A DNA stretch of 63,092 bases, filler included, from Hyphochytrium catenoides (taxonomy: Eukaryota; Protista; Hyphochytriomycota), in the NCBI GenBank assembly GCA_900088475.1. It is 14 parts of 14 records of this genome, joined end to end, with 100 filler letters (N's around TTAATTAATTAA, not from the genome) between each part and the next. Parts side by side here need not be neighbours in the genome. Positions count along the whole stretch, not along the records: positions 60,085 to 61,734 come from FLMG01002100.1; positions 61,835 to 63,092 come from FLMG01000907.1; 12 more parts are not named here. One strand, 5' to 3'. Shown piece after piece: positions 59,985 to 63,092 of this stretch. Numbering within the stretch: position 1 is the first letter of the stretch; every line of letters starts with the position of its first letter. The position numbers and the translations under genes were made by a program. The notes beneath the pieces were generated by a model, which was given only the letters and a program-made list of their open reading frames with translations, did no database searches and was not told the origin of the DNA.

Positions 59985-61329
59985 NNNNNNNNNNNNNNNN
60001 NNNNNNNNNNNNNNNNNNNNNNNNNNNNTTAATTAATTAANNNNNNNNNNNNNNNNNNNNNNNNNNNNNNNNNNNNNNNNNNNNAGAGAAAGAGAGAGAG
60101 AAAGAGAGAGAAGTATGTCGACTTTTGAACAGTGTAGCATCCCTTCTCACACAAAAGGTTGGACTGCGAGTTTGGCATAGGCCTAAGATAATATTAGCTC
60201 CTAATCTTCCACACATCCAAACAGGGCACAGGCAAGAGAAACCGTCGCGTTTGGAGACTATCAATATGCCCACCCATTCTCTCTGTACAGAGCTATAGGA
60301 CCAATGGCATCCCACCCGCCGGAAGCATCATCAAATTCCAATAAGGGTTAGGATGGGTAGGTACGGTGTGGTTACAAAGACCCTGTTGCACTATATTCCG
60401 AAGCAGGTTCTATCTTTTTGGCCGCTGTTTTGGTGCAAGTAGAACGAGGCCTTAGATATTTACGGCGGTGTGAGAAGTAGATGAAGGCGGGTGGGAGGCT
60501 ACCGGCCAGCTGCACGAACACAACACCTCGTCCCAGTTGTTATTTTTCTCCTAGTTCCAATGAAATGTATTTTTGTTCCTTGCGGCAAACGGAAAGGGAT
60601 ATCACGGCGGAAGAAGGGATCCAATCGAAAGAATCAAACTGTGGAAACTAGAAAAGATCAGTATTTTCAAGGTCAAGGTTTGTCCGTTTGGCGGTCTGAT
60701 GGACAGTGAGCCAAAGTCTTTTGGGTCCACGTGACTATGAAAAAGGTTCTTTGTACCCGCACTTCTATCACAAATAAGTTCTTTTTTTATCCCCGAGAAA
60801 AGGAACGAGTACCTTGTTATAATGGATCCGCATGGCCTCCGACCATTTTGTACATAAAAGATGGACTCGCACAAAGGAGCTCTTCCTATTGGTCGGACAT
60901 GGATGACAGCGTGGGATCCAGCCAATCGTCGCTTCTTTATAACTCTTCCCTACCATTTCCTAAACCTCTAGGTTCTGGTACTGTAGAACTGTAATTTTAA
61001 TAGACAGTGAATGAAACCCTAAAAAAATAGAACTAGCTCCTATGTTCTCTGGTCATGTACATTTCTGCGCTGTCTAGTTCTATTGGACAGCCCATCAGCT
61101 GCTGTCCAATTATAAAAATGCAACCCAGAGAATTCATGATTCACCTTTCCATTGCCTCTGACTTCTTTACTTGGGAATTATTTCTATTGCGCTAATACAT
61201 CTCCTTTCACTCTGTATCGGTTGCGGGGAGTAACTCTTGCACTCTGTTCTTTACGTACAAGATGTGCACTTTCTCTTCTTTAGATAGCGCTCCTGAGGAT
61301 AGATCCATCATCTTTTATGATTCCTCCTG

Positions 61330-61366
<37 letters not shown>

Positions 61367-63092
61367 CTCTGTCTCTCTCTCTCGCTCTGTCTCTCTCTCT
61401 CCCTCTCTCTCTTTTCTCTGCCCTCAGATTTTTCACAGTCCACTATTGCTCTTCTTCGACTTTCCCTTGTCCTACCAGTAAATCAATGGCGCTGGGTCGC
61501 TACAGACGCTAGCACGCGGAAGAGCAAAGACGAGGAGAATGTAGCGAAGTAGCGAGACCTTGACAGATGGAGACGTAGAGTCCAGTTCATGGGGACAGAG
61601 GACGAGGCGGCTCTGGCGTGTGCCTCCACCAGCTGTTGTATGGGCTCAGGATCTAAAAGGCTATGGGCAATTCTTAACCAGGTTTCCATCAGCAGCGTCA
61701 TCAGTCAGACAAGGATGGAGATGAAAGCAACGGCNNNNNNNNNNNNNNNNNNNNNNNNNNNNNNNNNNNNNNNNNNNNTTAATTAATTAANNNNNNNNNN
61801 NNNNNNNNNNNNNNNNNNNNNNNNNNNNNNNNNNTGGGCCAGGAGCTCAGCATGCAGTGTGCGTGGATAGAGATTGCTGGTCTGATGAATAGCTGCTGCC
61901 GCTACAAAGAAGATCCTCGTCACAATCATCTCATCTATCTGTCGGCACCTTTTTCTACTGCGAAATCACCATTATTGATCCTCAGCAACCAACAAGCTTC
62001 CAAGATGCTGCAGCTGCGATTGTGAAGCTCTTGTCGTCTCAGCTGTTCGTCTGTTTGAAGTGTCCATTGAAAGTTTGCGAAGAAAGGAGCTTGAAGTGGA
62101 CGAGCCAAAGAATTATCATGATCATAATTTCTACTCTGAATAGAATATTGACATCATGATAATGGCGGGCCATTATCTAGATAATTTTGCCCAAAGCGTG
62201 AATGCAAACAGAACAGGATATCCCTCAAGTTCACGTTTGGCTAATTATCACAAAAACTACCCCTATTTTCATGATAGTTTGGTGAATCCAGACAGGCCCT
62301 TAGTGCTGTTCCGCCTTTAACCTTGTTCACTCCGCATGAGACCAAACAAACCCCCTTCGTTGTCGTATAACTGACCCTAACCCTAATAAAATGATGGTAG
62401 AGTAATACTTCAAAGAAGTCTATCAAAGAAGGTTCATTATTTGAAAAGCCGGTGCTATTTTATTTGTTGTTGTAATACTCGAGGTCAATAATAATGGCTT
62501 TGAATCTACTTGCACTCTTACACTTCCTGTCGGGTGGCGGCAACTCTCTCTCCCAGTTCGTCATGCTAGGAACAAGCTGTAGGGTCAAAAAGCCTCTGTG
62601 CTCCTGCCAATAAGTCCAAACAAAAGTTGAGACGACTCTTCCTCTCCTCCTCACATGATTTATCTCTCTACTTATTATCCTCGTTATTGTTATTCTTCGT
62701 TGCGTCTTCCTTTCTTTTTTCCTCCTTCCGTCCACGCCACTTAACTTCCGTTGTTGTTCTTCGAACTCGGATGCGCCCTTCTAAAATACATCCGTTTTTA
62801 CCCTCCTTGCCTGATGAAGATTGCTATGGTTATGATTACATAATCGACATTCTTCTCCCGCTTCTGCTCTCTCTCCTCTTCTTTCTCGTCTTAATCCTTA
62901 TTTCTTTTCCCTAATTACTGTTTGTCTGCTCCTTGTCGCTTCTTGGATTGATTGTATAACTCGTTTCTCGCCTTTGATTTGTATTGATTAATGCAGCGGC
63001 GAGAAGTCTTCTGGTACCCTTATAACAGTATAATGACGTTCATGCCCTTGGCCTTCAGGTCAAGGGTCTGAAACGCGAAATTGTGTGTGTGT

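Noticed and set aside
60085-61000. Possible degenerate TE or dioxygenase-like HxD motif (HVDPKD)
   Set aside because: Isolated short motif, with many stops in all frames; cannot support a call.

Overview
Eukaryotic, intron-rich, (AG/CT)n-saturated DNA. It is an artificial concatenation of 14 short contigs joined by 100-bp spacers (N44-TTAATTAATTAA-N44), so synteny is meaningful only within a contig. Gene content (shikimate pathway, aureochrome-like bZIP basic regions, stand-alone laminin-IV protein, PG-rich flagellar repeat protein) suggests a flagellated protist, probably a stramenopile (inference). Most ORF-track entries are microsatellite artefacts; real genes had to be rebuilt by hand from GT-AG exons. 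Genes recognised: double-bZIP factor, intronless secreted Cys-repeat protein, laminin-IV-domain protein, selenophosphate synthetase, uridine phosphorylase, ArfGAP1, a NIDO/IPT/Cys-repeat surface protein, p31comet, LENG8/Thp3, chorismate synthase (3' part), and STPG-like, striatin-like and ARM-repeat fragments. There is also a decayed Ty1/copia element. The strongest hidden signal is a complete selenoprotein locus invisible to the ORF track: a 9-exon SPS2 gene with an in-frame TGA in the catalytic LKG-U-GCKVP motif (19102-19104) plus a textbook type-II SECIS in its 3'UTR (21522-21590). Sec recoding is a known mechanism; I cannot claim an undescribed system. The best novelty candidates are the intronless secreted Cys-repeat protein, the double bZIP, and hairpin-dense elements with cGAAg triloops.
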